A stretch of 64,000 nucleotides of DNA from Bdellovibrionota bacterium. GTDB lineage: Bacteria > Bdellovibrionota_C > UBA2361 > JBIKWN01. Both the position numbers and the translations under genes were made by a program. The notes beneath the pieces are model-generated. The model saw only the letters and a program-made list of their open reading frames with translations, was not told where the DNA came from and did not search any database. Positions 48,714 to 57,107 of this stretch are shown here, piece after piece. Within the stretch, counting starts at the first letter, position 1, and each line of letters opens with the position of its first letter. Location of the stretch: NCBI GenBank assembly GCA_044356295.1, contig JBIKWN010000005.1, positions 1 through 64,000 on the forward strand, given 5' to 3'.

Positions 48714-49385
48714 ATGACGTTTAAAATTTGTATCCCGTTTTTTGATTGTTCCTTGAAAGGAATTGATGAGCAAAGTATTCAAGAAGCCGATATGCTCGAA
48801 CTCTATATCGATTCGCTTCATGCAGATACAGAAGAACTTGTATCATTTGCTCAAAGTGTCCTCCAACAAGACAAACAAATAATTATTACTTTAAGGCGAC
48901 CACAGTTTGCTGAACAGAAAAATACATTTACTCAAAGAATAGAGCTGCTAAAAAAATTTATTACTCTGCCTGTTTTGTTTGATCTAGATATCTATAAAGA
49001 AAAAGAAGAGATACTTTTTCTTGTTGAACAAGGAGTGAGTTCTCAGTTAATTGCGTCCTATCATCATTATGCATCTACTCCTAGCAGTGAAGAACTTTCA
49101 GTTATTCGAAAAGAGGCTTTGCAGTATTCACCAGGATTTATTAAGTTTTCAACTATTGTTCATACCGAGCAAGAGATGCACCGCCTCGTCTCGTTGTCGT
49201 TGGAATGTGTAACTTCTTCAATGCCATGGATAGTTAGCCCTATGGGACGATTCGGAAAGCAAGGAAGAATCATTACTGGGCTTTTAGGTTCAGCATGGAC
49301 GTATGCTAAAAGTGGTTCATCCACAGCAGAAGGACAGCTTGGATTAGAAGACTGTGCATCAATTCGTGCTTTGTTAAGTCGTTAA
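48714..49385 (+). CDS. aroD: Type I 3-dehydroquinate dehydratase
   Basis: ELYID, IITLR, ASYH, IK, MG..G..GR, TAEGQ; follows aroB. Confidence 0.8.
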   Translation: MTFKICIPFFDCSLKGIDEQSIQEADMLELYIDSLHADTEELVSFAQSVLQQDKQIIITLRRPQFAEQKNTFTQRIELLKKFITLPVLFDLDIYKEKEEILFLVEQGVSSQLIASYHHYASTPSSEELSVIRKEALQYSPGFIKFSTIVHTEQEMHRLVSLSLECVTSSMPWIVSPMGRFGKQGRIITGLLGSAWTYAKSGSSTAEGQLGLEDCASIRALLSR

Positions 49386-49392
49386 TCGAGCT

Positions 49393-52113
49393 ATGACTAG
49401 TTCTCTTTCGGGTTCGATATCATTTCAAAATAATCAATTTGAAATTCGGTTTCGATATAATACTGATATCTTCAAAAAACTTACTGCTCTTGATGGTGTT
49501 TCGTATGATAAAGAAAGAAAGTGTTGGCTTAGTCCACTTCGAATCGCTCCACTGATATTTTCGCAAAAGCAGTTTTCAAAACAATACTTTCGGTATGATT
49601 TTGATGAAGCAGAGATTGCAAAAAAAATTGAAACACTTCAAAAAGATATCGAATTAGCCCGAGTTCGAGCACTTGCCGATCCATTTTGTGTTCGAAAGAT
49701 TGATATAGAGCTACTTTCATTTGACGTTATTGCTCGAGAAACTGATGTTGAACGGGGATGGATAGAGCTTGGTATTTCAAAATCAAGAAGAGCTAAAAAA
49801 ATTCTTTCAGAGGCACGTGGTGTTTTTGCAATTGGAAAGAAAAAAAAGTTTCTAACCAATGCTTCAGTTTTTCCAGAACTTTTAAAGATTTTTCGGGAGC
49901 AGCAGTTATCTTTTGCAGTAGAAGAAGAGTTATCGCTTAAGTTGAAATCCACCAGTTCACTCCGAAGTGAAACTATACGAACTGGGATTGGTGCTTCAAG
50001 AAAAGATCTTGAATGCAGTTTTTTGTTACCTTATTGGGATATCAGTACACCAGGAAATAAGACAGTAGATGGAGTAGGTTTTTTTACAGAGCTTCGAAAT
50101 AAAATTATTCCATCTAAAAAAGGACAACGTTTAACCAAAGTTGATCCCACTACTTCATTACAAACACTATATAAGGGAAAACTTTTTGGAATTCCTATTT
50201 TTCAAACTAATGATGCTTCAAAATTAACCGCGAAAGTTTTAGAAGAGTTCCAAAGGGATTACCAAAACGACCAAACCCAGTTTGCTGATGAATTATTACT
50301 GTCTTTACCGTTTCCGTACTGTTGGCGTGTTGATGAAGTTGGAAAGGGTGGTTTGCATATTTCAAATCAAGCGAGCTCGATTCTGCAAGAAAATGAGTTT
50401 TCTCATGTCATTAAAGAATTTGATATACTCGTTAAGAAAATTGGGAATTTTGGGTTTTTTCTTGAGCCCAAAAGTCATCAATTACCGCATTTTATAGAGG
50501 TAGTTAAAGTCTATTTTAAAGATCTACAAAAAAAAGAAATCCCGCGATCAATACAATTTATTGCGACACTAAAAATTCTTTTAGAACGCGCATCTAGAAT
50601 TGCAGCGCAGAATAAATATCAAACATTAAAAGATACCGACTTATCACTTGTGAGTGATTCAAATTTTGCCACAAGGCTGTATCCGCACCAGCGAGTTGCC
50701 GTTAGATGGATTTTAGAAAACGAATCTGGGATGTTGGGGGACGATATGGGGTTGGGAAAGACACTCTCAGTCCTTACTGCATTTAATGAATCCCTTTCTA
50801 CTAAAAAAACCGATTTTTTATTGGTGATATGTCCAAATTCATTAGTTCGAACTTGGCTTCGTGAAGCGCAGCAGTGGTTTCCATCTTTATCATTACGATC
50901 TCTTCCAGATTCGAAAAAAGAGCGTGAAGGTTTTCTAGAGAGTCTCATTGAAAACCGTCAAGAAAGCCTTGATGGATTAGTAGTAAACTTTGAAGCAATG
51001 CGAATTGAAACAGTTCGAGCTGCTTTGGAAGCAGTATCTAAGTTTCGAACAGTTTTTCTTACCATTGATGAATCACAAAGAATTAAGAATCCTCAATCGA
51101 AAACATTTCAGGCATTAAAATCATTTGCACTCAATGCCAAAAAGCGGTTTCTCTTGAGCGGAACACCAACGCCACGTGATGTTGCTGACCTGTGGGGGCA
51201 AGTGTTTATTATCGATAAAGGTGAGCGGTTTGGATCAAGTTTTACAGCTTGGTTAAAAACTGTTGCAGAATTAGGCACAAAATGGAGTGAATTTGCTGTT
51301 AAACGATTTATTCCTTCTGCGGTTGAAGAAGTATCCGCTCGTACGCAAGAAATCTTGCTTCGAAGGAAAAAAGAAGATGTTGTTTCGCTTCCTGAGAAAG
51401 TTTTTATTTTTCGAGATGTCGATATTATTGGTGACCAGAAAAAACGTTTTGATCAGATACGTGAAGAGTTGTTGATTCAAGTTGGTAGCATTCAAGGTAG
51501 AGAGAAAATTAAAACAATTGAAAGCATCCTTGAAGAATACCTAAGAGCTGTTCAAGTTTGCTCGAATCCGAGGCTTATCGACCCAACGTGGGTTGGGGAA
51601 CCAGCTAAATTTAAAGAGCTTGATGATATTGTTGAAAATATAGTTAAAGAAAAAAATGAGAAGTTAGTGATCTGGACTAACTATCTTTTAAATATTCATG
51701 AACTGTGTGAGCGCTATAAAGAATTCGGAGCTCTGCCGTTTAGCGGTGAGGTTCACCCGAGTGAGCGCCAGCAGACTATTAATGAATTTCAAAAAGTGAG
51801 CTCGAAAAATAAAATTTTGGTAGCGATACCTGCTGCGGGTGGAGTGGGGATTACTTTAACCGCGGCGCAAACCTGTGTGTATGTTGATAGAACTTGGAAC
51901 GCTGAGCATTGGCTTCAGTCTATTGATAGAGTCCACCGAATTGGTCAAACAGGAACTGTCACTGTAATTGTTCTTAATGGTTCTAAAGTGGATGAGCTTA
52001 TTGGGTATAATCTATATAAAAAGAAAAAACAGATGGATCAGTTGCTTCAGGGTGATGCTGCTTATGAGGAGTTTTTGCCGAGCGTTCAAGATTTATTGGA
52101 TGCGCTTCGGTGA
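49393..52113 (+). CDS. SNF2-family helicase/ATPase with HARP-like N-terminus
   Basis: LYPHQ, DDMGLGKT, IDESQRIKN, LSGTP, GVGITLT, QSIDRVHRIGQ. Confidence 0.9.
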   Translation: MTSSLSGSISFQNNQFEIRFRYNTDIFKKLTALDGVSYDKERKCWLSPLRIAPLIFSQKQFSKQYFRYDFDEAEIAKKIETLQKDIELARVRALADPFCVRKIDIELLSFDVIARETDVERGWIELGISKSRRAKKILSEARGVFAIGKKKKFLTNASVFPELLKIFREQQLSFAVEEELSLKLKSTSSLRSETIRTGIGASRKDLECSFLLPYWDISTPGNKTVDGVGFFTELRNKIIPSKKGQRLTKVDPTTSLQTLYKGKLFGIPIFQTNDASKLTAKVLEEFQRDYQNDQTQFADELLLSLPFPYCWRVDEVGKGGLHISNQASSILQENEFSHVIKEFDILVKKIGNFGFFLEPKSHQLPHFIEVVKVYFKDLQKKEIPRSIQFIATLKILLERASRIAAQNKYQTLKDTDLSLVSDSNFATRLYPHQRVAVRWILENESGMLGDDMGLGKTLSVLTAFNESLSTKKTDFLLVICPNSLVRTWLREAQQWFPSLSLRSLPDSKKEREGFLESLIENRQESLDGLVVNFEAMRIETVRAALEAVSKFRTVFLTIDESQRIKNPQSKTFQALKSFALNAKKRFLLSGTPTPRDVADLWGQVFIIDKGERFGSSFTAWLKTVAELGTKWSEFAVKRFIPSAVEEVSARTQEILLRRKKEDVVSLPEKVFIFRDVDIIGDQKKRFDQIREELLIQVGSIQGREKIKTIESILEEYLRAVQVCSNPRLIDPTWVGEPAKFKELDDIVENIVKEKNEKLVIWTNYLLNIHELCERYKEFGALPFSGEVHPSERQQTINEFQKVSSKNKILVAIPAAGGVGITLTAAQTCVYVDRTWNAEHWLQSIDRVHRIGQTGTVTVIVLNGSKVDELIGYNLYKKKKQMDQLLQGDAAYEEFLPSVQDLLDALR

Positions 52114-52147
52114 GATTGGTTTGTGATAGTGGTATGCTATTAAGTGA

Positions 52148-52232
52148 TTTTTTGTAACGCGAAGGTCGCGAAGTACGCGAAGGAATTAAATGTAATCCTT
52201 CGCGTACTTCGCGACCTTCGCGTTACAAAAAA
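52148..52232. repeat. Long palindromic repeat, copy 1 (perfect 37-bp arms); probable bidirectional terminator / REP-MITE-like element
   Basis: TTTTTTGTAACGCGAAGGTCGCGAAGTACGCGAAGGA-N11-exact reverse complement, between convergent genes. Confidence 0.9.
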
Positions 52233-52236
52233 AATA

Positions 52237-53184
52237 CTACCCAACCCGCTTCAAAACATTCCAGTAATACCGAAATGAAGCCCGATCATGAAGTCTATCT
52301 TTATAAGAAATAGGTGCCCATTGAGCATTCTTAGCAAGAGTGAGGATCTCTTTAGCAGTATCTACTTCCTCAGCGCTTGGAGACATTGCGTTTAGTATAG
52401 GTTGAATCTGATTTGGATGAATACTCCACATACGAAGGAATCCAAAATGATGTCTTGCTCGAAGTGCGTCATCATATGCAGAGTCTGGATTTTTATAATC
52501 TACGGTAACATTGTGAGCAGGGATAATATTATTTCCAAGGCACGCCGCAACAAGACGGCTTTTTGCCCTCATCAGGATTGGATGCTCGAACTGTTCAGGA
52601 CTTTGAAAACATTTATCTGATAATGCACCGTGATGGAATGAAACAAAATCCATACAACCAAAATCTAAACCTCTAAGGAGCGGAAGCGAAGCAATCTGCC
52701 ATACTTCTTCGACAGCTTTTGGTGTTTCGATAAGAAAATGAATCGGTGGAATTGATACTTTACTCGTATCGCATTCTTTTTTGTAAGTATCGATAACAGT
52801 ATCAATAACTTTCTGTCCTTGTTCAAAAGACAAAATTTTTGGAATTGTAAGATGAGAGATAATACCAAAAAGATTTTTTGCTACAAAATTTAGGTCATCA
52901 CTAAAATGAGAAGATAGGGGATCATGAATTCTAACCCCAATTTTTTTATAAACATTTTCAGAAGAAGAAATAATGTTTAAAAAAAGTTGTCTCAACGCAG
53001 TTTCTTGTCCTACTGAAGCTCCATCTTCAAGATCACAGGTAATATCGAAACTACCTTTGAAGATCTTTTGCGTTTCAATACTTTTTAAAATTAATTTTTC
53101 ATGACCTGCATAATGATCACATGCAGAGCATGAAGGAAGTGGTTTTTCATTTGGAAAAAGTATTGAATCAAGATTTTCAAACAT
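52237..53184 (-). CDS. HpcH/HpaI aldolase / citrate lyase beta-subunit family protein
   Basis: CDHYAG, DLEDGA, IGVRIH, LIET, LDFG.MDFVS, WSIHPNQI, LHDRASFRYYW. Confidence 0.85.
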   Translation of the reverse strand: MFENLDSILFPNEKPLPSCSACDHYAGHEKLILKSIETQKIFKGSFDITCDLEDGASVGQETALRQLFLNIISSSENVYKKIGVRIHDPLSSHFSDDLNFVAKNLFGIISHLTIPKILSFEQGQKVIDTVIDTYKKECDTSKVSIPPIHFLIETPKAVEEVWQIASLPLLRGLDFGCMDFVSFHHGALSDKCFQSPEQFEHPILMRAKSRLVAACLGNNIIPAHNVTVDYKNPDSAYDDALRARHHFGFLRMWSIHPNQIQPILNAMSPSAEEVDTAKEILTLAKNAQWAPISYKDRLHDRASFRYYWNVLKRVG

Positions 53185-53200
53185 ATGTAGTAACTTACTG

Positions 53201-53638
53201 TTAACTGTGACGATAAATACTCAACGGATTAAAATTTTTATCGTGAGCTATTCGTAAAGAGCAAAGTTGTCCGACGTGGTAGCTTTCGTGTAAGACAATA
53301 TAATCTGACAACAGCTTTAAAGAATTGACGTTCTTTGATTCCAAAGCATTGGAAATCGTTTTGGATCTTTGGTGTTGATATTCTGTGAACAAGGATTGAA
53401 AAGTGCCTTGTTTGTTCAGATAACTTCCCCATTCGTGAGTTTCGGAATTTAACTGCTTCTCAATGGCTTCAAACAGCTCTAGGAAATGAGCCAAGGTGAG
53501 TCTAGGACTCATCAGGTCAGGCGAGAGGGTCGCTTCATAAAGATTTTCAGGCAGACCTTCAAAGACTTTTTCGACCTGAAAACCAACTATTTCTAGCTGA
53601 TATTGTATAAGTTCTATTGAGCCCATATGAGATGCCAA
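53201..53638 (-). CDS. DinB-family protein
   Basis: SPRLTLAH and LHESYHVGQL His motifs. Confidence 0.75.
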   Translation of the reverse strand: MASHMGSIELIQYQLEIVGFQVEKVFEGLPENLYEATLSPDLMSPRLTLAHFLELFEAIEKQLNSETHEWGSYLNKQGTFQSLFTEYQHQRSKTISNALESKNVNSLKLLSDYIVLHESYHVGQLCSLRIAHDKNFNPLSIYRHS

Positions 53639-53727
53639 ATACTAGCCGAAATTCCAAGTTCCGTCAGCTTGAATTAATTTAGCCCTTCCGGTATTCTTCT
53701 TATCCGCTTGTTTTGCAAGCACTGTAT

Positions 53728-53804
<77 letters not shown>

Positions 53805-53909
53805 TTCGACATCGCCGCCATTAGCGGCTTGCTCATGGCAAGTCATTCTTCGGCGAGGAGAATGGCGCCCTGAGCCCTGAGCCCTGAGCGACCAAAGGGA
53901 GTCGAAGGG
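53805..53909 (+). repeat. GC-rich structured trailer directly after tRNA-Asp
   Basis: TTCGAC...GTCGAA closing pair, GCCGC/GCGGC and CATTCT/AGAATG hairpins, (GCCCTGA)x3 at 53867-53887. Confidence 0.55.
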
Positions 53910-54038
53910 AGGGCTGGTTTCATGCTGTCAGCCATTTTGAATCAGCTCAGTATTATTTGTCTCCCGATACCAGACACAATCAAAACATATATTTGTTTAC
54001 TATACTGAATTGTATTAGCCTATTTTAAGGCAGTCTCA

Positions 54039-54977
54039 GTGATAAAAGTAGTTGATAATAGTTGCGATCTTTCGGATTTGTATGGTCCCGACATTGGTTT
54101 TGCATGTGCACATCCTGAAATGACAGGCCTTGTCCCATATCCTAGTAAAACTTCTGAAACATCTGAAAACCAACCTGGAATTCTTTTCGAACCAAAGATT
54201 GAAGTACGTCGCTGTTTAATGATAGGCGATTCATTTAACAGAATTGCTTCAGAACCTGGATGTATCGATAGATATCTGCATCACCGGTTTCAGATTGAGG
54301 GAACAGACTTTGATCAATTAGCGTTAGCCCTTGCCGGTGATCATCAAAGATCTCCATTCAATAATAAGAATCTCGCTGAAATTATTTCGCCCTTATCTCA
54401 AATTTCTGCAGAGGGTCAGGGTTGGATAAAAAATCAAGCAGGGTTTCGAAATGCAGTAGGAAGATCTTACTGTGTTAAACAATTGAGTAAAGTATGTGGG
54501 GATTTAGATTCAGAAATTCAAGAATATTGTAATGCACTATCTACAGTTGCAAATGAAAATGATTTTTTAATGATTCTTATTGATGGATCAAGACTTTCAA
54601 ATCAATCGCAAGCAGTAAATCCTCGGCCAATCAGAAACTATCAACAGTTGTTAGCAAATTTAAATGCAATTCCAGGATGGAAGTGTATTTTCGATCTGTC
54701 CCTAGAGTGTGGCAATTTAGCAAATGCTCACATGGAAGATATTGCAAAAAAATCAATCGAGATGGACCGCACTGCAGTGCTAACGAGTGTTGCCTATCAA
54801 CAAGAGCCAACATCAATGCATACACAAACTATATGGGACTACCTTGTGAATACAATTTTATTTGGAAGGAGCCTAAAAGAGATTCGTTTAGCTCCATTAA
54901 TTAGTGAAAATGCAGCCTCACCCAAAGCAGTGCCACTTATTCCACAGATACGTTCGAATTACTCTGTCGCGTTGTGA
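54039..54977 (+). CDS. Hypothetical protein, possibly degenerate vWA-like partner of the atypical PurA
   Basis: 312-aa ORF; QLALALAGD, ISAEGQG and FLMILIDG segments echo the vWA family found beside atypical PurA genes (by-eye comparison). Confidence 0.55.
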   Translation: MIKVVDNSCDLSDLYGPDIGFACAHPEMTGLVPYPSKTSETSENQPGILFEPKIEVRRCLMIGDSFNRIASEPGCIDRYLHHRFQIEGTDFDQLALALAGDHQRSPFNNKNLAEIISPLSQISAEGQGWIKNQAGFRNAVGRSYCVKQLSKVCGDLDSEIQEYCNALSTVANENDFLMILIDGSRLSNQSQAVNPRPIRNYQQLLANLNAIPGWKCIFDLSLECGNLANAHMEDIAKKSIEMDRTAVLTSVAYQQEPTSMHTQTIWDYLVNTILFGRSLKEIRLAPLISENAASPKAVPLIPQIRSNYSVAL

Positions 54978-54979
54978 TA

Positions 54980-54997
54980 GGGGATGCTCACCTTTAT
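54980..54997 (+). repeat. GGGGACGCTCACC-family repeat copy
   Basis: GGGGATGCTCACCTTTAT 2 nt after a stop codon. Confidence 0.7.
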
Positions 54998-55072
54998 TAA
55001 TGCATTGAATTTGTTCAAATTTAATTTTAATTGTGCTTAAATTTAAAAATATATATATATATAATCATATAT

Positions 55073-55438
55073 ATGAATAACAATTTGAATATACTGAAAA
55101 AAATTGCTACGAAAAGTCTAAAAACTGAAAAAAGTAGAAAAATCCCTGTGTATCTTAAACTTGAGGAAGACGTAGTAAACTGGTTCAAGAATGAAGGTAA
55201 GGGGTATCAAGAAAGAATTAATTCGCTACTTAAGGATTATGTCAGCGAAGTAGTCATGGCAACTACGACAAAAGTTTCTAATGCACAGAACCTATTCGAA
55301 AAATATTATTCACAATGTTTCTGGCATTTGCGAAGAGATATCGTTATTAAAGAAGAGCATATTCCACTGATCATAGAAGGGCTTAAAAAACATGGTGGAC
55401 AACAAGGTTATCTAGAGTCACAAATCTTATGCCAGTAA
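55073..55438 (+). CDS. BrnA-like (RHH) antitoxin domain fused to a small NTase-partner domain
   Basis: KIPVYLKLEEDVVNWFKNEGKGYQERINSLLKDYV, followed by FEKYYSQCFWH...GLKKHGG. Confidence 0.7.
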   Translation: MNNNLNILKKIATKSLKTEKSRKIPVYLKLEEDVVNWFKNEGKGYQERINSLLKDYVSEVVMATTTKVSNAQNLFEKYYSQCFWHLRRDIVIKEEHIPLIIEGLKKHGGQQGYLESQILCQ

Positions 55439-55819
55439 CAAAATTTCAAAAAAAATTCTTAAACTTTTGTCACAAAACCGAAGCCCCGATAGCTATGTTG
55501 CAGGGCTGCATGTGGTAAAGATCCAGGATTTACCCCTGAATTAATTCTTGATTGCATAAGCCGAAATGCTCGATTAACACCCGATATACTCGCTTTAGAA
55601 AATCTTACTTCAGCTATAGATCCAAAAAAAATTAAGATGCAATGGATGGAATCTTTTCAAAGAGCTCAATTAGAGATTTCTAAATATCCCATTGATTCAA
55701 TCGGATCACTTTTTCTCGATAAGCAAGGCAATACAGTTCATCGACCGAAAGATTTCTCAAATTTAATAGTTCATAAAGGTAGTGTAAGGGGTAGCTGGCC
55801 CTTTTCTGAGAGCGTGTAG
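55429..55819 (+). pseudogene. Nucleotidyltransferase (AbiEii-like toxin) pseudogene with frameshift and internal deletion
   Basis: MPVTKFQKK, frameshift in A8 (55448-55455), ILKLLSQNRSPDSYVAG, then a jump to AACGKDPGFTPE...HKGSVRGSWP in another frame; catalytic core absent. Confidence 0.65.
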
Positions 55820-55830
55820 GAGACGCTCAC
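55817..55830 (+). repeat. GGGGACGCTCACC-family repeat copy (degenerate)
   Basis: TAGGAGACGCTCAC overlapping the stop codon at 55817-55819. Confidence 0.55.
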
Positions 55831-55835
55831 TATCA

Positions 55836-56999
55836 TCAGAGAGATCGAATTAATTTGAAAAATTCTTGGTATGGCAATATCTCTACATCATTTATTTTTC
55901 TTGATCTTTCAGCAGTACAAACACAGATTTTTTTCACTTTTTGGTTAATTAATCTAATAGCATTAAAACCAGCTTCATAATCAAGTTCAATCGGAGTATC
56001 TTTGGATTTTATTTCTACTGCAATCATTTCACCTGAAGGCGTTGTAATTATTAAATCAACTTCTACATCTGCCGCTGTTCTTAGAAATGAAAGTGAAAGA
56101 TCTTTACGAAGATAGTGCGAAATTCTTACTACCTCATTGATAACCCATGTTTCAAAATAGTTACCATACTCGAATGTTTGAGGGCGAATATCAGTATTGA
56201 GGCGTTTTTGAAGTGAACGAAGTACGCCAGTATCAAAAAAGTAAAATTTGGGAGAAGTTTTAAATTTCTTCCTTTCAGAATGATTCAAAGCAGGAAGGAA
56301 TCTGCCTAAAAGTGTATCTTCAAGGATTTTAAAATATTCTTTAACCGTTACTGAAGAAAGAAGAACATCGCGGGCTATGTTAGAAAAATTTATTTGTTCG
56401 CCGTTACATTGTGCCGCAACTTCCAGAAATCTAATAAAGCCTCCTATATTTCTTGAAAGAGCTTCAGCTTCGATTTCTTGTTGAAGATACATTTGAGTAT
56501 AGGCTCTTAGATTTTCTTTTGCAGAATCTTTATCAGTTAAAATATTTGCTGGAAGTGTTCCAGTAGAAAGAATTTGATTTAATGTAACTGGCTTTGGTAC
56601 TTCTAAGAAGGTGAGGGGGAATAATTCAAAGCTCCAAGCCCTACCGCCAAGTAAATTGGCACGCCCTCTTTTTAATTTTCTTGCACTTGAACCCGTTAGG
56701 ATAAACTTTTGAGGAACTCCTTTATCAATTAAATACTGGACTTCATTTAATAGATCTGGAACCCGCTGCGCTTCATCAATCAATACATGAGAGATTTTTT
56801 CAGATAAGGCCCAAACTTCCTCTCTTAAGCGGTCAGGTTTAGAGACAAACTGGGAATAGGTCTCAGTTTGAAGTAAATTAATTTCAGCAAGTTCTTCACT
56901 TTTAAAAGAATTTCTAATCAACGTAGTTTTTCCAGATTGTCTGGCTCCGAATAGGAAAAAACTGTTAGATTTTGGTATGTTAAGTTCTCTTTTAAGCAT
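55836..56999 (-). CDS. AAA+ ATPase with DUF4143 and C-terminal PD-(D/E)xK-like domain
   Basis: GARQSGKTT, IDEAQR, LTGSSAR, PKFYFFDTG, FETWV, EVDLII...AVEIK. Confidence 0.9.
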   Translation of the reverse strand: MLKRELNIPKSNSFFLFGARQSGKTTLIRNSFKSEELAEINLLQTETYSQFVSKPDRLREEVWALSEKISHVLIDEAQRVPDLLNEVQYLIDKGVPQKFILTGSSARKLKRGRANLLGGRAWSFELFPLTFLEVPKPVTLNQILSTGTLPANILTDKDSAKENLRAYTQMYLQQEIEAEALSRNIGGFIRFLEVAAQCNGEQINFSNIARDVLLSSVTVKEYFKILEDTLLGRFLPALNHSERKKFKTSPKFYFFDTGVLRSLQKRLNTDIRPQTFEYGNYFETWVINEVVRISHYLRKDLSLSFLRTAADVEVDLIITTPSGEMIAVEIKSKDTPIELDYEAGFNAIRLINQKVKKICVCTAERSRKINDVEILPYQEFFKLIRSL

Positions 57000-57107
57000 G
57001 CTTTAAATATCCGTTGAATAATTAAAGCATACTTTTACTTAAAGACAAATCCCCAATCTAAGATATCAATCAGGTTGATGCATCAGTGTTTGCATAAGGA
57101 ACAAACC

